Notes under the pieces: generated by a model | The model's input: the letters and a program-made list of their open reading frames with translations, nothing else | Database searches by the model: none | Told to the model about the DNA's origin: nothing | Part shown: in pieces, positions 60,911 to 64,000 of the stretch | Position numbering within the stretch: the stretch's first letter is position 1 | How the letters are laid out: each line of letters begins with the position of its first letter | Translations under genes and position numbers: made by a program | Assembly (NCBI GenBank): GCA_035533015.1 | Contig: DATLUQ010000002.1 | Location: forward strand, 18,791-82,790 | Direction of reading: 5' to 3' | Source: Gemmatimonadaceae bacterium | Lineage (GTDB): Bacteria > Gemmatimonadota > Gemmatimonadetes > Gemmatimonadales > Gemmatimonadaceae | Length of the DNA: 64,000 nucleotides

Positions 60911-61410
60911 GGTTCTCGGGGAAAAGGTGGCACGTTGAGCAGCCACAGTCCGGCTACGTGACCCGTGGGATCCACCTCGAGCAGCAGATCCCGCGCCACG
61001 CGCACCGCCTGCGCCTCGCGTTGCGAACCCAGCCGGAAGTGAAAGATACGCTCCTGCGCGTCGGACTCGGCCGCCATCTGCGTCTCCACCTCCAGCGCGG
61101 TGACGGCGGTGTCCGACGCATTGGGCGGCAGCCGCACCGTGGCCTCCCGCACCGTGGCCGGCGGCGCGAGGGCGGCCCGCTTGGTCACCTCGGGCCAGAC
61201 GGCGATCTCGATGCCGGTGATGTGCTCGTCGGTCACGTCCAGAATGATCCACGAACCGTCGGCCCCCTCCACTTCCACGGACCCGCTGCTCCCGTTGGAC
61301 GACGGCAACGGGCGCAGCTGCGCCGACAGGATGTCGGTGTCGGAGTCCCACCGGTACGCGACCTCCGGCGCCGCCCCGTCTCTCGGTCCAAGCTGCACGG
61401 CGATCTTCAC
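60907..61410 (-). CDS. hypothetical protein (tandem DUF2283-like halves?)
   Basis: ORF 60907..62163 trimmed to the GTG preceded by GGAG. Motifs are DEHITGIEI and DPTGHVAGLWLLNV. GTGA overlap with the next gene. Confidence 0.4.
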   Translation of the reverse strand: MKIAVQLGPRDGAAPEVAYRWDSDTDILSAQLRPLPSSNGSSGSVEVEGADGSWIILDVTDEHITGIEIAVWPEVTKRAALAPPATVREATVRLPPNASDTAVTALEVETQMAAESDAQERIFHFRLGSQREAQAVRVARDLLLEVDPTGHVAGLWLLNVPPFPREP

Positions 61411-61503
61411 GTCCCTGTCTCCGTGGTTGGCGAGCCCCCAATGTCGCGCCGGAACCGCCCGACACACGACTCGAATTCGCCCCGCCCGCGTCTTCGCATT
61501 GCA

Positions 61504-61517
61504 GGAACACCCGTTCC
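61504..61517. promoter_or_regulatory. GGAAC-N4-GTTCC palindrome (Cheo-box/LexA-like)
   Basis: GGAACACCCGTTCC in the divergent intergenic region between the repair operon and the helicase-like gene. Confidence 0.35.
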
Positions 61518-61669
61518 GTCCGCGCAAACATACTCCGCGAACGCCCGGCCGGAAGCCGCGCGGCCCGCGGCCGGGCCGCACCTGCTGTCCGGACCCCATT
61601 CCTGGGTATGTTTCAGGTGATCGACGTTGACAACGCGGCTTCGCGCCGCCCCGACATGGGTGAGGATCT

Positions 61670-63256
61670 GTGGAACAGGACGGAGTGGAGACCCCGGGCG
61701 TGACCCGCGGCCTGAATGCGGCGTTTGTATTCCCACCGGATTGGACGCACGCGCCGTCCTTCCTCACCCCGGCCATCGAGCGCCTCGACGCCGCGCTGCC
61801 GGCGGTGCAGATGCTCGTGATCACCGCCGATGCCGACGCCGCCGTAGCCATGGCGGCCGCCGCCAACGCCATCGGGCGCGCCCGCGGCCTGACCGCGCTG
61901 GCCGCCACCTCCAGCCGCCGCGCCGGCCGCGCCCTGCGCGCCCGGCCCGCCCAGATCGTGACCGGCGATCCGGCCGCTCTCGTGGGGCTGCTCCAGAGCT
62001 CGGCGCTCAAGCTCGACCAGGTGCGCCAGCTCGTCATCGCCTGGCTCGACGACACCCTCGAAGGCAACGAGGCGCCCCTCGAAGCGCTGTTCGCCGAAGC
62101 GCCCAAGGACGCCGCGCGCACCATCGTCACCCGCGAACTGTCGCCCGCCATCGAGGGCCTCATCGAGCGCTACGCGCGGCGGGCCCGCCGCGTGGTCCCC
62201 GCGGCCGGCGAGGAAGTGGCCGCCATGCCCGTGCAGTACGTGGCGGTGCACGACACCCTCCGATCGATCGCCCTCCGCCGGCTGCTCGACGAGCTGGATC
62301 CGCCCACGGCGTTCATCTTCGTGCGCGATCCGATGTCGCACATCGAAGTCCTGGCCACGCTCGAGACGCTCGGCTACGCGGCCGACGGCCCGGTGCGCAT
62401 CGGCCGCGCCGCCGAAGCCGACTGCGACGCCCTGGTGCTGTACGACCTGCCGGTCTCGCGCGCCGAGCTGCGTGACGTGGCCGGCGGCCGCACCCCGCGC
62501 CAGGTGATCGCGCTCATTCAGCCGCGGCAGCTCGCCGCCCTGCGCGAGGTGGCCGGCGGCGCCGCCAGCCCCCTCACCCTGCCCGAAGCGATCGCGCGGG
62601 CGCGCACCAAGGAGGAGCAGCTGCGCGAGTCGCTGCGCCACGTCCTGGTGTCGGGGGCATTCACCCGCGAACTGCTCGCCCTCGAGCCGTTGCTCACCGA
62701 CTTCGACGGCATCGAGATCGCGGCCGCCGCGCTGCGCATGCTCGAGGTGGAGCGGATGCGCGCCGCGGCACCCAAGACGTTCGCCGCGCCCAAGATGCGC
62801 CGCCTGTTCATCACGGCCGGCGAATCCGACGGCATCCGGGCCGGCGATCTGGTGGGCGCGGTCACCAACATCGGCGGGCTCTCGGGCGGCGACGTGGGCC
62901 GCGTGGAACTGCGCGACCGCCACTCCCTGGTGGAAGTGCCCGAAGCGGTGGCCGAGGCCGTGGCCGCCAAGATCACCGGCATCACGATCAAAGGCCGCCA
63001 GATCGTGGCCCGCCTCGACGAGGAACGTCCGGAACGTTCGGGACGCGGCGGCCCGCGCGAGGACCGGCCCCGCGGCGCCCCGCGCGATCGCGAGGACCGG
63101 CCCCGCGGTGGTCCGCGCGATCGTGACGACCGCCCCCGCGGCGGCCCGCGTGACCGCGACGACCGCCCGCGGCCAGCCGGCCGGTTCGGCGCATCGAAGG
63201 ACGATCGCGGCGGCCCGCCGCGCAAGCCCCGCCGGCGGGAGGACGACCATCGGTGA
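61670..63256 (+). CDS. DEAD-box-helicase-like protein lacking ATPase motifs, with DbpA RNA-binding domain and RD/RG repeat tail
   Basis: Collinear with DeaD/CsdA, but motif I is absent, motif II reads WLDD and motif III reads TRE. The DbpA domain is [36 protein letters not shown]. The start is uncertain (GTG). Confidence 0.65.
   Translation: MEQDGVETPGVTRGLNAAFVFPPDWTHAPSFLTPAIERLDAALPAVQMLVITADADAAVAMAAAANAIGRARGLTALAATSSRRAGRALRARPAQIVTGDPAALVGLLQSSALKLDQVRQLVIAWLDDTLEGNEAPLEALFAEAPKDAARTIVTRELSPAIEGLIERYARRARRVVPAAGEEVAAMPVQYVAVHDTLRSIALRRLLDELDPPTAFIFVRDPMSHIEVLATLETLGYAADGPVRIGRAAEADCDALVLYDLPVSRAELRDVAGGRTPRQVIALIQPRQLAALREVAGGAASPLTLPEAIARARTKEEQLRESLRHVLVSGAFTRELLALEPLLTDFDGIEIAAAALRMLEVERMRAAAPKTFAAPKMRRLFITAGESDGIRAGDLVGAVTNIGGLSGGDVGRVELRDRHSLVEVPEAVAEAVAAKITGITIKGRQIVARLDEERPERSGRGGPREDRPRGAPRDREDRPRGGPRDRDDRPRGGPRDRDDRPRPAGRFGASKDDRGGPPRKPRRREDDHR
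63047..63172 (+). repeat. 33-bp in-frame tandem repeat (about 3.8 units) encoding [11 protein letters not shown]
   Basis: GGPREDRPR / [11 protein letters not shown] / [11 protein letters not shown] / [11 protein letters not shown] in the tail of the helicase-like CDS. Confidence 0.85.
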
Positions 63257-63870
63257 GCTCAGATACCTACTTCACGGCGCGCAGCGGATGGATCGAAGTG
63301 ATCGCCGGCGTGATGTTCAGCGGCAAGAGCGAGGAGTTGCTCCGCCGCGTGCGCCGCGCCGCGATCGCCAAGCGGCGCGTGCAGGTGTTCAAGTCCCATC
63401 TCGATGAGCGCTACGCCGGCATCTTCAAGGTGTCCAGCCACGACGGGCGCACCACCGAAGCCGTCCCTGTAGATACGGCCGCCCAGATCGCCGAGCGCGT
63501 GCATCCCGACACGCAGGTGGTGGCGATCGACGAGGCGCAGTTTCTCGACGAGCGCGTGGTGCCGCTGGCCACCGACCTCGCCTCGCGCGGCATCCGGGTG
63601 ATCCTCGCCGGCACCGACACCGACTTCCGCGGCGAGCCGTTCGGCGCGATGCCCGAGTTGATGGCCATCGCCGAGATCGTGGACAAGCTGCACGCCATCT
63701 GCGTGAAGTGCGGCAACCCGGCCAGCCGCAACCAGCGCCTCATCGATGGACGGCCGGCGCTGTACTCCTCGCCCACGATCATGGTGGGCGGCGAGGACAC
63801 CTACGAGGCGCGCTGCCGCGCGTGCCACCAGGTGCCGAGGCGCGACGAGGGCCAGGTGGATCTGCTGTGA
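63253..63870 (+). CDS. tdk: thymidine kinase
   Basis: GTG start overlapping the upstream stop. P-loop [14 protein letters not shown], then VVAIDEAQF. The Zn cluster is C..CG...C..C at the C-terminus. Confidence 0.92.
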   Translation: MSSDTYFTARSGWIEVIAGVMFSGKSEELLRRVRRAAIAKRRVQVFKSHLDERYAGIFKVSSHDGRTTEAVPVDTAAQIAERVHPDTQVVAIDEAQFLDERVVPLATDLASRGIRVILAGTDTDFRGEPFGAMPELMAIAEIVDKLHAICVKCGNPASRNQRLIDGRPALYSSPTIMVGGEDTYEARCRACHQVPRRDEGQVDLL

Positions 63871-64000
63871 GCCGCCAAGCCGCCCGCCGGCCGGAAGTGG
63901 TTGGCGCCGTGCAGCATAGGCCGGTCGCGCCTGGGCGCCCGGGGCCAGGACGAACGCTGCACGGTCACATTTACGTTGACGCTCCCGGCCGCTGCCCCTA

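Noticed and set aside
63047-63172. Direct repeats that might suggest a CRISPR array or other non-coding repeat locus.
   Set aside because: The repeats are contiguous with no spacers. They are in frame within a CDS and encode a peptide repeat. No cas genes are present.
63957-63979. A possible sixth, degenerate copy of the 32-bp motif after tdk (reverse complement TCAACGTAAATGTGACCGTGCAG). Another weak GTGCAGT-containing stretch lies near 31352-31385.
   Set aside because: The spacing between the AT box and GTGCAG differs by 2-3 nt and identity is low. The first also lies at the window edge, so its context is missing. Neither was counted among the five confident copies.

Overview
This is a very GC-rich bacterial chromosomal segment. 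It is densely coded with about 63 protein genes and 2 tRNAs. I saw no rRNA, CRISPR array, transposase, integrase or phage genes. The gene content (a PadR/ADOP-permease pair, archaeal-type repair genes) suggests a Gemmatimonadota- or Acidobacteriota-like lineage, but that is inference only.

Recognisable housekeeping genes:
- tRNA-Tyr and tRNA-Thr, cysS, uvrA, cutA, sdaAA/sdaAB, glpK, mtnA.
- recF-DUF721(DciA-like)-gyrB, ligA, deoA, tdk, a fatty-acyl-CoA ligase and an ABC exporter.

Features worth a second look:
1. A seven-gene minus-strand operon (52.9-61.4 kb) encodes an archaeal-type NurA-HerA-Mre11-Rad50 end-resection set. Two small proteins lead it and a translationally coupled GNAT ends it. 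A GGAAC-N4-GTTCC (Cheo/LexA-like) palindrome sits in its divergent promoter region.
2. A hand-aligned 32-bp promoter-like motif (CRTTTGATYAAA-N6-GTGCAGTA-N4-TG) occurs five times between gyrB and the ars operon. The copies are inward-facing pairs that bracket two gene cassettes. A C15 homopolymer lies next to one copy.
3. A CcmF-like protein has a degenerate haem-handling WWD motif. It is translationally coupled to a membrane zinc-ribbon protein.
4. An ArsM-ArsN2 fusion sits in an arsR-arsM/N-acr3-arsC operon with two ATCAA-N6-TTGAT operators.
5. A DEAD-box-like protein has lost all ATPase motifs but keeps a DbpA RNA-binding domain and a repeat tail.
6. A eukaryote/cyanobacterial-type PTPS-FolE-SDR pterin cluster has a structured leader.

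Many long ORFs in the supplied track are antisense or N-terminal-extension artefacts of the high GC content. I trimmed or rejected them. Coordinates of non-coding motifs were read by eye and may be off by 1-2 nt.
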